The notes under the pieces were generated by a model. It searched no databases. It saw nothing but the letters and a program-made list of their open reading frames with translations, and was not told the DNA's origin. From contig OZ024743.1 of the NCBI GenBank assembly GCA_964016885.1, positions 93,558,001 through 93,622,000 of the forward strand: a stretch of 64,000 nt of DNA, in the 5' to 3' direction. Every line of letters starts with the position of its first letter. Position 1 is the stretch's first letter. The position numbers and the translations under genes are program-made. The stretch comes from Eledone cirrhosa. Taxonomy: Eukaryota. This document shows positions 24,701 through 39,700 of this stretch, piece after piece.

Positions 24701-27700
24701 ATAGTATATTAATTTAGACTGATAACAGGTGAGAGAGATAATAACTTATAGTATATTAATTTAGGCTAATAACAGGTGAGAGAGATAATAACTTATAGTA
24801 TATTAATTTAGGCTGATAACAGGTGAGAGAGATAATAACTTATAGTATATTAATTTAGGCTGATAACAGGTGAGAGAGATAATAACTTATAGTATATTAA
24901 TTTAGGCTGATAACAGGTGAGAGAGATAATAACTTATAGTATATTAATTTAGGTTTATAACAGGTGAGGGAGATAATAACTTATAGTATATTAATTTAGA
25001 CTGATAACAGGTGAGAGAGATAATAACTTATAGTATATTAATTTAGGCTGATAACAGGAGAGAGAGATAATAACTTATAGTATATTAATTTAGGTATATA
25101 ACAGGTGAGAGAGATAATAACTTATAGTATATTAATTTAGGCTTATAACAGGTGAGAGAGATAATAACTTATAGTATATTAATTTAGGTATATAACAGGT
25201 GAGAGAGATAATAACTTATAGTATATTAATTTAGGTATATAACAGGTGAGAGAGATAATAACTTATAGTATATTAATTTAGGCTGATAACAGGTGAGAGA
25301 GATAATAACTTATAGTATATTAATTTAGGCTGATAACAGGTGAGAGAGATAATAACTTATAGTATATTAATTTAGGCTGATAACAGGTGAGAGAGATAAT
25401 AACTTATAGTATATTAATTTAGGCTGATAACAGGTGAGAGAGATAATAACTTATAGTATATTAATTTAGGCTGATAACAGGTGAGAGAGATAATAACTTA
25501 TAGTATATTAATTTAGGCTTATAACAGGTGAGAGAGATAATAACTTATAGTATATTAATTTAGGTATATAACAGGTGAGGGAGATAATAACTTATAGTAT
25601 ATTAATTTAGGCTGATAACAGGTGAGAGAGATAATAACTTATAGTATATTAATTTAGGTATATAACAGGTGTGGGAGATAATAACTTATAGTATATTAAT
25701 TTAGGTATATAACAGGTGAGAGAGATAATAACTTATAGTATATTAATTTGGGCTGATAACAGGTGAGAGAGATAATAACTTTTAGTATATTAATTTAGGT
25801 ATATAACAGGTGAGAGAAATAATAACTTATAGTATATTAATTTAGGCTGATAACAGGTGAGAGAGATAATAACTTATAGTATATTAATTTAGGCTGATAA
25901 CAGGTGGGAGAGATAATAACTTATAGTATATTAATTTAGGCTGATAACAGGTGAGAGAGATAATAACTTATAGTATATTAATTTAGGTATATAACAGGTG
26001 AGAGAGATATAATAACTTATAGTATATTAATTTAGGTATATAACAGGTGAGAGAGATAATAACTTATAGTATATTAATTTAGGTATATAACAGGTGAGAG
26101 AGATAATAACTTATAGTATATTAATTTAGGCTGATAACAGGTGAGAGAGATAATAACTTATAGTATATTAATTTAGGCTGATAACAGGTGCGAGAGATAA
26201 TAACTTATAGTATATTAATTTAGGTATATAACAGGTGAGAGAGATAATAACTTATAGTATATTAATTTAGGCTGATAACAGGTGAGAGAGATAATAACTT
26301 ATAGTATATTAATTTAGGCTGATAACAGGTGAGAGAGATAATAACTTATAGTATATTAATTTAGGCTGATAACAGGTGAGAGAGATAATAACTTATAGTA
26401 TATTAATTTAGGCTTATAACAGGTGAGAGAGATAATAACTTATAATATATTAATTTAGGCTTATAACAGGTGAGAGAGATAATAACTTATAGTATATTAA
26501 TTTAGGCTGATAACAGGTGAGAGAGATAATAACTTATAGTATATTAATTTAGGTATATAACAGGTGAGGGAGATAATAACTTATAGTATATTAATTTAGG
26601 CTGATGACAGGTGAGAGAGATAATAACTTATAGTATATTAATTTAGGTATATAACAGGTGGGAGATAATAACTTATAGTATATTAATTTAGGTATATAAC
26701 AGGTGTGGGAGATAATAACTTATAGTATATTAATTTAGGTATATAACAGGTGAGAGAGATAATAACTTATAGTATATTAATTTAGGCTGATAACAGGTGA
26801 GAGAGATAATAACTTATAGTATATTAATTTAGGTATATAACAGGTGAGAGAGATAATAACTTATAGTATATTAATTTAGGCTGATAACATGTGAGAGAGA
26901 TAATAACTTATAGTATATTAATTTAGGCTGATAACAGGAGAGAGAGATAATAACTTATAGTATATTAATTTAGGTATATAACAGGTGAGAGAGATAATAA
27001 CTTATAGTATATTAATTTAGGTATATAACAGGTGAGAGAGATAATAACTCATAGTATATTAATTTAGGCTGATAACAGGTGAGAGAGATAATAACTTATA
27101 GTATATTAATTTAGGCTGATAACAGGTGAGAGAGATAATAACTTATAGTATATTAATTTAGGCTGATAACAGGTGGGAGAGATAATAACTTATAGTATAT
27201 TAATTTAGGCTTATAACAGGTGAGAGAGATAATAATTTATAGTATATTAATTTAGGCTTATAACAGGTGAGAGAGATAATAACTTATAGTATATTAATTT
27301 AGGCTTATAACAGGTGAGAGAGATAATAACTTATAGTATATTAATTTAGGCTGATAACAGGTGAGAGAGATAATAACTTATAGTATATTAATTTAGGCTG
27401 ATAACAGGTGAGAGAGATAATAACTTATAGTATATTAATTTAGGCTGATAACAGGTGAGAGAGATAATAACTTATAGTATATTAATTTAGGCTTATAACA
27501 GGTGAGAGAGATAATAACTTATAGTATATTAATTTAGGTATATAACAGGTGAGGGAGATAATAACTTATAGTATATTAATTTAGGCTGATAACAGGTGAG
27601 AGAGATAATAACTTATAGTATATTAATTTAGGTATATAACAGGTGTGGGAGATAATAACTTATAGTATATTAATTTAGGTATATAACAGGTGAGAGAGAT

Positions 27701-30700
27701 AATAACTTATAGTATATTAATTTAGGCTGATAACAGGTGAGAGAGATAATAACTTATAGTATATTAATTTAGGTATATAACAGGTGAGAGAGATAATAAC
27801 TTATAGTATATTAATTTAGGCTGATAACATGTGAGAGAGATAATAACTTATAGTATATTAATTTAGGCTGATAACAGGAGAGAGAGATAATAACTTATAG
27901 TATATTAATTTAGGTATATAACAGGTGAGAGAGATAATAACTTATAGTATATTAATTTAGGCTTATAACAGGTGAGAGAGATAATAACTTATAGTATATT
28001 AATTTAGGTATATAACAGGTGAGAGAGATAATAACTTATAGTATATTAATTTAGGTATATAACAGGTGAGAGAGATAATAACTTATAGTATATTAATTTA
28101 GGCTGATAACAGGTGAGAGAGATAATAACTTATAGTATATTAATTTAGGCTGATAACAGGTGAGAGAGATAATAACTTATAGTATATTAATTTAGGCTGA
28201 TAACAGGTGAGAGAGATAATAACTTATAGTATATTAATTTAGGCTGATAACAGGTGAGAGAGATAATAACTTATAGTATATTAATTTAGGCTTATAACAG
28301 GTGAGAGAGATAATAACTTATAGTATATTAATTTAGGTATATAACAGGTGAGGGAGATAATAACTTATAGTATATTAATTTAGGCTGATAACAGGTGAGA
28401 GAGATAATAACTTATAGTATATTAATTTAGGTATATAACAGGTGTGGGAGATAATAACTTATAGTATATTAATTTAGGTATATAACAGGTGAGAGAGATA
28501 ATAACTTATAGTATATTAATTTGGGCTGATAACAGGTGAGAGAGATAATAACTTTTAGTATATTAATTTAGGTATATAACAGGTGAGAGAAATAATAACT
28601 TATAGTATATTAATTTAGGCTGATAACAGGTGAGAGAGATAATAACTTATAGTATATTAATTTAGGCTGATAACAGGTGGGAGAGATAATAACTTATAGT
28701 ATATTAATTTAGGCTGATAACAGGTGAGAGAGATAATAACTTATAGTATATTAATTTAGGTATATAACAGGTGAGAGAGATAATAACTTATAGTATATTA
28801 ATTTAGGTATATAACAGGTGAGGGAGATAATAACTTATAGTATATTAATTTAGGCTGATAACAGGTGAGAGAGATAATAACTTATAGTATATTAATTTAG
28901 GTATATAACAGGTGAGAGAGATAATAACTTATAGTATATTAATTTAGGTATATAACAGGTGAGAGAGATAATAACTTATAGTATATTAATTTAGGCTGAT
29001 AACAGGAGAGAGAGATAATAACTTATAGTATATTAATTTAGGTATATAACAGGTGAGAGAGATAATAACTTATAGTATATTAATTTAGGCTTATAACAGG
29101 TGAGAGAGATAATAACTTATAGTATATTAATTTAGGTATATAACAGGTGAGAGAGATAATAACTTATAGTATATTAATTTAGGTATATAACAGGTGAGAG
29201 AGATAATAACTTATAGTATATTAATTTAGGCTGATAACAGGTGAGAGAGATAATAACTTATAGTATATTAATTTAGGCTGATAACAGGTGCGAGAGATAA
29301 TAACTTATAGTATATTAATTTAGGTATATAACAGGTGAGGGAGATAATAACTTATAGTATATTAATTTAGGTATATAACAGGTGAGAGAGATAATAACTT
29401 ATAGTATATTAATTTAGGCTGATAACAGGTGAGAGAGATAATAACTTATAGTATATTAATTTAGGCTTATAACAGGTGAGAGAGATAATAACTTATAGTA
29501 TATTAATTTAGGTATATAACAGGTGAGGGAGATAATAACTTATAGTATATTAATTTAGGCTGATAACAGGTGAGAGAGATAATAACTTATAGTATATTAA
29601 TTTAGGCTGATAACAGGTGAGAGATAATAACTTATAGTATATTAATTTAGGCTGATAACAGGTGAGAGAGATAATAACTTATAGTATATTAATTTAGGCT
29701 GATAACAGGTGAGAGAGATAATAACTTATAGTATATTAATTTAGGCTGATAACAGGTGAGAGAGATAATAACTTATAGTATATTAATTTAGGCTGATAAC
29801 AGGTGAGAGAGATAATAACTTATAGTATATTAATTTAGGCTGATAACAGGTGAGAGAGATAATAACTTATAATATATTAATTTAGGCTTATAACAGGTGA
29901 GAGAGATAATAACTTATAGTATATTAATTTAGGCTGATAACAGGTGAGAGAGATAATAACTTATAGTATATTAATTTAGGTATATAACAGGTGAGGGAGA
30001 TAATAACTTATAGTATATTAATTTAGGCTGATGACAGGTGAGAGAGATAATAACTTATAGTATATTAATTTAGGTATATAACAGGTGGGAGATAATAACT
30101 TATAGTATATTAATTTAGGTATATAACAGGTGTGGGAGATAATAACTTATAGTATATTAATTTAGGTATATAACAGGTGAGAGAGATAATAACTTATAGT
30201 ATATTAATTTAGGCTGATAACAGGTGAGAGAGATAATAACTTATAGTATATTAATTTAGGTATATAACAGGTGAGAGAGATAATAACTTATAGTATATTA
30301 ATTTAGGCTGATAACATGTGAGAGAGATAATAACTTATAGTATATTAATTTAGGCTGATAACAGGAGAGAGAGATAATAACTTATAGTATATTAATTTAG
30401 GTATATAACAGGTGAGAGAGATAATAACTTATAGTATATTAATTTAGGTATATAACAGGTGAGAGAGATAATAACTCATAGTATATTAATTTAGGCTGAT
30501 AACAGGTGAGAGAGATAATAACTTATAGTATATTAATTTAGGCTGATAACAGGTGAGAGAGATAATAACTTATAGTATATTAATTTAGGCTGATAACAGG
30601 TGGGAGAGATAATAACTTATAGTATATTAATTTAGGCTTATAACAGGTGAGAGAGATAATAATTTATAGTATATTAATTTAGGCTTATAACAGGTGAGAG

Positions 30701-33700
30701 AGATAATAACTTATAGTATATTAATTTAGGCTTATAACAGGTGAGAGAGATAATAACTTATAGTATATTAATTTAGGCTGATAACAGGTGAGAGAGATAA
30801 TAACTTATAGTATATTAATTTAGGTATATAACAGGTGAGAGAGATAATAACTTATAGTATATTAATTTAGGCTGATAACATGTGAGAGAGATAATAACTT
30901 ATAGTATATTAATTTAGGCTGATAACAGGAGAGAGAGATAATAACTTATAGTATATTAATTTAGGTATATAACAGGTGAGAGAGATAATAACTTATAGTA
31001 TATTAATTTAGGCTTATAACAGGTGAGAGAGATAATAACTTATAGTATATTAATTTAGGTATATAACAGGTGAGAGAGATAATAACTTATAGTATATTAA
31101 TTTAGGTATATAACAGGTGAGAGAGATAATAACTTATAGTATATTAATTTAGGCTGATAACAGGTGAGAGAGATAATAACTTATAGTATATTAATTTAGG
31201 CTGATAACAGGTGAGAGAGATAATAACTTATAGTATATTAATTTAGGCTGATAACAGGTGAGAGAGATAATAACTTATAGTATATTAATTTAGGCTGATA
31301 ACAGGTGAGAGAGATAATAACTTATAGTATATTAATTTAGGCTTATAACAGGTGAGGGAGATAATAACTTATAGTATATTAATTTAGGTATATAACAGGT
31401 GAGGGAGATAATAACTTATAGTATATTAATTTAGGCTGATAACAGGTGAGAGAGATAATAACTTATAGTATATTAATTTAGGTATATAACAGGTGTGGGA
31501 GATAATAACTTATAGTATATTAATTTAGGTATATAACAGGTGAGAGAGATAATAACTTATAGTATATTAATTTGGGCTGATAACAGGTGAGAGAGATAAT
31601 AACTTTTAGTATATTAATTTAGGTATATAACAGGTGAGAGAAATAATAACTTATAGTATATTAATTTAGGCTGATAACAGGTGAGAGAGATAATAACTTA
31701 TAGTATATTAATTTAGGCTGATAACAGGTGGGAGAGATAATAACTTATAGTATATTAATTTAGGCTGATAACAGGTGAGAGAGATAATAACTTATAGTAT
31801 ATTAATTTAGGTATATAACAGGTGAGAGAGATAATAACTTATAGTATATTAATTTAGGTATATAACAGGTGAGGGAGATAATAACTTATAGTATATTAAT
31901 TTAGGCTGATAACAGGTGAGAGAGATAATAACTTATAGTATATTAATTTAGGTATATAACAGGTGAGAGAGATAATAACTTATAGTATATTAATTTAGGT
32001 ATATAACAGGTGAGAGAGATAATAACTTATAGTATATTAATTTAGGCTGATAACAGGAGAGAGAGATAATAACTTATAGTATATTAATTTAGGTATATAA
32101 CAGGTGAGAGAGATAATAACTTATAGTATATTAATTTAGGCTTATAACAGGTGAGAGAGATAATAACTTATAGTATATTAATTTAGGTATATAACAGGTG
32201 AGAGAGATAATAACTTATAGTATATTAATTTAGGTATATAACAGGTGAGAGAGATAATAACTTATAGTATATTAATTTAGGCTGATAACAGGTGAGAGAG
32301 ATAATAACTTATAGTATATTAATTTAGGCTGATAACAGGTGCGAGAGATAATAACTTATAGTATATTAATTTAGGTATATAACAGGTGAGGGAGATAATA
32401 ACTTATAGTATATTAATTTAGGTATATAACAGGTGAGAGAGATAATAACTTATAGTATATTAATTTAGGCTGATAACAGGTGAGAGAGATAATAACTTAT
32501 AGTATATTAATTTAGGCTTATAACAGGTGAGAGAGATAATAACTTATAGTATATTAATTTAGGTATATAACAGGTGAGGGAGATAATAACTTATAGTATA
32601 TTAATTTAGGCTGATAACAGGTGAGAGAGATAATAACTTATAGTATATTAATTTAGGTATATAACAGGTGTGGGAGATAATAACTTATAGTATATTAATT
32701 TAGGTATATAACAGGTGAGAGAGATAATAACTTATAGTATATTAATTTAGGCTGATAACAGGTGAGAGAGATAATAACTTATAGTATATTAATTTAGGTA
32801 TATAACAGGTGAGAGAAATAATAACTTATAGTATATTAATTTAGGCTGATAACAGGTGAGAGAGATAATAACTTATAGTATATTAATTTAGGCTGATAAC
32901 AGGTGAGAGAGATAATAACTTATAGTATATTAATTTAGGCTGATAACAGGTGAGAGAGATAATAACTTATAGTATATTAATTTAGGCTGATAACAGGTGA
33001 GAGAGATAATAACTTATAGTATATTAATTTAGGTATATAACAGGTGAGAGAGATAATAACTTATAGTATATTAATTTAGGTATATAACAGGTGAGGGAGA
33101 TAATAACTTATAGTATATTAATTTAGGCTGATAACAGGTGAGAGAGATAATAACTTATAGTATATTAATTTAGGTATATAACAGGTGAGAGAGATAATAA
33201 CTTATAGTATATTAATTTAGGTATATAACAGGTGAGAGAGATAATAACTTATAGTATATTAATTTAGGCTGATAACAGGAGAGAGAGATAATAACTTATA
33301 GTATATTAATTTAGGTATATAACAGGTGAGAGAGATAATAACTTATAGTATATTAATTTAGGCTGATAACAGGTGCGAGAGATAATAACTTATAGTATAT
33401 TAATTTAGGTATATAACAGGTGAGAGAGATAATAACTTATAGTATATTAATTTAGGCTGATAACAGGTGAGAGAGATAATAACTTATAGTATATTAATTT
33501 AGGCTGATAACAGGTGAGAGAGATAATAACTTATAGTATATTAATTTAGGCTGATAACAGGTGAGAGAGATAATAACTTATAGTATATTAATTTAGGCTT
33601 ATAACAGGTGAGAGAGATAATAACTTATAGTATATTAATTTAGGCTGATAACAGGTGAGAGAGATAATAACTTATAGTATATTAATTTAGGCTGATAACA

Positions 33701-36700
33701 GGTGAGAGAGATAATAACTTATAGTATATTAATTTAGGTATATAACAGGTGAGGGAGATAATAACTTATAGTATATTAATTTAGGCTGATAACAGGTGAG
33801 AGAGATAATAACTTATAGTATATTAATTTAGGTATATAACAGGTGAGAGAGATAATAACTTATAGTATATTAATTTAGGTATATAACAGGTGAGAGAAAT
33901 AATAACTTATAGTATATTAATTTAGGCTGATAACAGGTGAGAGAGATAATAACTTATAGTATATTAATTTAGGCTGATAACAGGTGAGAGAGATAATAAC
34001 TTATAGTATATTAATTTAGGTATATAACAGGTGAGAGAGATAATAACTCATAGTATATTAATTTAGGCTGATAACAGGTGAGAGAGATAATAACTTATAG
34101 TATATTAATTTAGGCTGATAACAGGTGAGAGAGATAATAACTTATAGTATATTAATTTAGGCTTATAACAGGTGAGAGAGATAATAACTTATAGTATATT
34201 AATTTAGGTATATAACAGGTGAGAGAGATAATAACTTATAGTATATTAATTTAGGTATATAACAGGTGAGAGAGATAATAACTTATAGTATATTAATTTA
34301 GGCTTATAACAGGTGAGAGAGATAATAACTTATAGTATATTAATTTAGGTATATAACAGGTGAGAGAGATAATAACTTATAGTATATTAATTTAGGTATA
34401 TAACAGGTGAGAGAAATAATAACTTATAGTATATTAATTTAGGCTGATAACAGGTGAGAGAGATAATAACTTATAGTATATTAATTCAGGCTGATAACAG
34501 GTGAGAGAGATAATAACTTATAGTATATTAATTTAGGTTTATAACAGGTGAGGGAGATAATAACTTATAGTATATTAATTTAGACTGATAACAGGTGAGA
34601 GAGATAATAACTTATAGTATATTAATTTAGGCTGATAACAGGTGAGAGAGATAATAACTTATAGTATATTAATTTAGGTTTATAACAGGTGAGGGATATA
34701 ATAACTTATAGTATATTAATTTAGACTGATAACAGGTGAGAGAGATAATAACTTATAGTATATTAATTTAGGTATATAACAGGTGTGGGAGATAATAACT
34801 TATAGTATATTAATTTAGGTATATAACAGGTGAGAGAGATAATAACTTATAGTATATTAATTTAGGCTGATAACAGGTGAGAGAGATAATAACTTATAGT
34901 ATATTAATTTAGGCTGATAACAGGTGAGAGAGATAATAACTTATAGTATATTAATTTAGGTATATAACAGGTGAGAGAGATAATAACTTATAGTATATTA
35001 ATTTAGGTATATAACAGGTGAGAGAGATAATAACTTATAGTATATTAATATAGGCTGATAACAGGAGAGAGAGATAATAACTTATAGTATATTAATTTAG
35101 GTATATAACAGGTGAGAGAGATAATAACTTATAGTATATTAATTTAGGCTTATAACAGGTGAGAGAGATAATAACTTATAGTATATTAATTTAGGTATAT
35201 AACAGGTGAGAGAGATAATAACTTATAGTATATTAATTTAGGTATATAACAGGTGAGAGAGATAATAACTTATAGTATATTAATTTAGGTATATAACAGG
35301 TGAGAGAGATAATAACTTATAGTATATTAATTTAGGCTGATAACAGGTGAGAGAGATAATAACTTATAGTATATTAATTTAGGCTGATAACAGGTGAGAG
35401 ATAATAACTTATAGTATATTAATTTAGGCTGATAACAGGTGAGAGAGATAATAACTTATAGTATATTAATTTAGGCTGATAACAGGTGAGAGAGATAATA
35501 ACTTATAATATATTAATTTAGGCTTATAACAGGTGAGAGAGATAATAACTTATAGTATATTAATTTAGGCTGATAACAGGTGAGAGAGATAATAACTTAT
35601 AGTATATTAATTTAGGTATATAACAGGTGAGGGAGATAATAACTTATAGTATATTAATTTAGGCTGATGACAGGTGAGAGAGATAATAACTTATAGTATA
35701 TTAATTTAGGTATATAACAGGTGGGAGATAATAACTTATAGTATATTAATTTAGGTATATAACAGGTGTGGGAGATAATAACTTATAGTATATTAATTTA
35801 GGTATATAACAGGTGAGAGAGATAATAACTTATAGTATATTAATTTAGGCTGATAACAGGTGAGAGAGATAATAACTTATAGTATATTAATTTAGGTATA
35901 TAACAGGTGAGAGAGATAATAACTTATAGTATATTAATTTAGGCTGATAACATGTGAGAGAGATAATAACTTATAGTATATTAATTTAGGCTGATAACAG
36001 GAGAGAGAGATAATAACTTATAGTATATTAATTTAGGTATATAACAGGTGAGAGAGATAATAACTTATAGTATATTAATTTAGGTATATAACAGGTGAGA
36101 GAGATAATAACTCATAGTATATTAATTTAGGCTGATAACAGGTGAGAGAGATAATAACTTATAGTATATTAATTTAGGCTGATAACAGGTGAGAGAGATA
36201 ATAACTTATAGTATATTAATTTAGGCTGATAACAGGTGGGAGAGATAATAACTTATAGTATATTAATTTAGGCTTATAACAGGTGAGAGAGATAATAATT
36301 TATAGTATATTAATTTAGGCTTATAACAGGTGAGAGAGATAATAACTTATAGTATATTAATTTAGGCTTATAACAGGTGAGAGAGATAATAACTTATAGT
36401 ATATTAATTTAGGCTGATAACAGGTGAGAGAGATAATAACTTATAGTATATTAATTTAGGCTGATAACAGGTGAGAGAGATAATAACTTATAGTATATTA
36501 ATTTAGGCTGATAACAGGTGAGAGAGATAATAACTTATAGTATATTAATTTAGGCTTATAACAGGTGAGAGAGATAATAACTTATAGTATATTAATTTAG
36601 GTATATAACAGGTGAGGGAGATAATAACTTATAGTATATTAATTTAGGCTGATAACAGGTGAGAGAGATAATAACTTATAGTATATTAATTTAGGTATAT

Positions 36701-39700
36701 AACAGGTGTGGGAGATAATAACTTATAGTATATTAATTTAGGTATATAACAGGTGTGGGAGATAATAACTTATAGTATATTAATTTAGGTATATAACAGG
36801 TGAGAGAGATAATAACTTATAGTATATTAATTTAGGCTGATAACAGGTGAGAGAGATAATAACTTATAGTATATTAATTTAGGTATATAACAGGTGAGAG
36901 AAATAATAACTTATAGTATATTAATTTAGGCTGATAACAGGTGAGAGAGATAATAACTTATAGTATATTAATTTAGGCTGATAACAGGTGAGAGAGATAA
37001 TAACTTATAGTATATTAATTTAGGCTGATAACAGGTGAGAGAGATAATAACTTATAGTATATTAATTTAGGCTGATAACAGGTGAGAGAGATAATAACTT
37101 ATAGTATATTAATTTAGGTATATAACAGGTGAGAGAGATAATAACTTATAGTATATTAATTTAGGTATATAACAGGTGAGGGAGATAATAACTTATAGTA
37201 TATTAATTTAGGCTGATAACAGGTGAGAGAGATAATAACTTATAGTATATTAATTTAGGTATATAACAGGTGAGAGAGATAATAACTTATAGTATATTAA
37301 TTTAGGTATATAACAGGTGAGAGAGATAATAACTTATAGTATATTAATTTAGGCTGATAACAGGAGAGAGAGATAATAACTTATAGTATATTAATTTAGG
37401 TATATAACAGGTGAGAGAGATAATAACTTATAGTATATTAATTTAGGCTGATAACAGGTGCGAGAGATAATAACTTATAGTATATTAATTTAGGTATATA
37501 ACAGGTGAGAGAGATAATAACTTATAGTATATTAATTTAGGCTGATAACAGGTGAGAGAGATAATAACTTATAGTATATTAATTTAGGCTGATAACAGGT
37601 GAGAGAGATAATAACTTATAGTATATTAATTTAGGCTGATAACAGGTGAGAGAGATAATAACTTATAGTATATTAATTTAGGCTTATAACAGGTGAGAGA
37701 GATAATAACTTATAGTATATTAATTTAGGCTGATAACAGGTGAGAGAGATAATAACTTATAGTATATTAATTTAGGCTGATAACAGGTGAGAGAGATAAT
37801 AACTTATAGTATATTAATTTAGGTATATAACAGGTGAGGGAGATAATAACTTATAGTATATTAATTTAGGCTGATAACAGGTGAGAGAGATAATAACTTA
37901 TAGTATATTAATTTAGGTATATAACAGGTGAGAGAGATAATAACTTATAGTATATTAATTTAGGTATATAACAGGTGAGAGAAATAATAACTTATAGTAT
38001 ATTAATTTAGGCTGATAACAGGTGAGAGAGATAATAACTTATAGTATATTAATTTAGGCTGATAACAGGTGAGAGAGATAATAACTTATAGTATATTAAT
38101 TTAGGTATATAACAGGTGAGAGAGATAATAACTCATAGTATATTAATTTAGGCTGATAACAGGTGAGAGAGATAATAACTTATAGTATATTAATTTAGGC
38201 TGATAACAGGTGAGAGAGATAATAACTTATAGTATATTAATTTAGGCTTATAACAGGTGAGAGAGATAATAACTTATAGTATATTAATTTAGGTATATAA
38301 CAGGTGAGAGAGATAATAACTTATAGTATATTAATTTAGGTATATAACAGGTGAGAGAGATAATAACTTATAGTATATTAATTTAGGCTTATAACAGGTG
38401 AGAGAGATAATAACTTATAGTATATTAATTTAGGTATATAACAGGTGAGAGAGATAATAACTTATAGTATATTAATTTAGGTATATAACAGGTGAGAGAA
38501 ATAATAACTTATAGTATATTAATTTAGGCTGATAACAGGTGAGAGAGATAATAACTTATAGTATATTAATTCAGGCTGATAACAGGTGAGAGAGATAATA
38601 ACTTATAGTATATTAATTTAGGTTTATAACAGGTGAGGGAGATAATAACTTATAGTATATTAATTTAGACTGATAACAGGTGAGAGAGATAATAACTTAT
38701 AGTATATTAATTTAGGCTGATAACAGGTGAGAGAGATAATAACTTATAGTATATTAATTTAGGTTTATAACAGGTGAGGGATATAATAACTTATAGTATA
38801 TTAATTTAGACTGATAACAGGTGAGAGAGATAATAACTTATAGTATATTAATTTAGGTATATAACAGGTGTGGGAGATAATAACTTATAGTATATTAATT
38901 TAGGTATATAACAGGTGAGAGAGATAATAACTTATAGTATATTAATTTAGGCTGATAACAGGTGAGAGAGATAATAACTTATAGTATATTAATTTAGGCT
39001 GATAACAGGTGAGAGAGATAATAACTTATAGTATATTAATTTAGGTATATAACAGGTGAGAGAGATAATAACTTATAGTATATTAATTTAGGTATATAAC
39101 AGGTGAGAGAGATAATAACTTATAGTATATTAATATAGGCTGATAACAGGAGAGAGAGATAATAACTTATAGTATATTAATTTAGGTATATAACAGGTGA
39201 GAGAGATAATAACTTATAGTATATTAATTTAGGCTTATAACAGGTGAGAGAGATAATAACTTATAGTATATTAATTTAGGTATATAACAGGTGAGAGAGA
39301 TAATAACTTATAGTATATTAATTTAGGTATATAACAGGTGAGAGAGATAATAACTTATAGTATATTAATTTAGGTATATAACAGGTGAGAGAGATAATAA
39401 CTTATAGTATATTAATTTAGGCTGATAACAGGTGAGAGAGATAATAACTTATAGTATATTAATTTAGGCTGATAACAGGTGAGAGATAATAACTTATAGT
39501 ATATTAATTTAGGCTGATAACAGGTGAGAGAGATAATAACTTATAGTATATTAATTTAGGCTGATAACAGGTGAGAGAGATAATAACTTATAATATATTA
39601 ATTTAGGCTTATAACAGGTGAGAGAGATAATAACTTATAGTATATTAATTTAGGCTGATAACAGGTGAGAGAGATAATAACTTATAGTATATTAATTTAG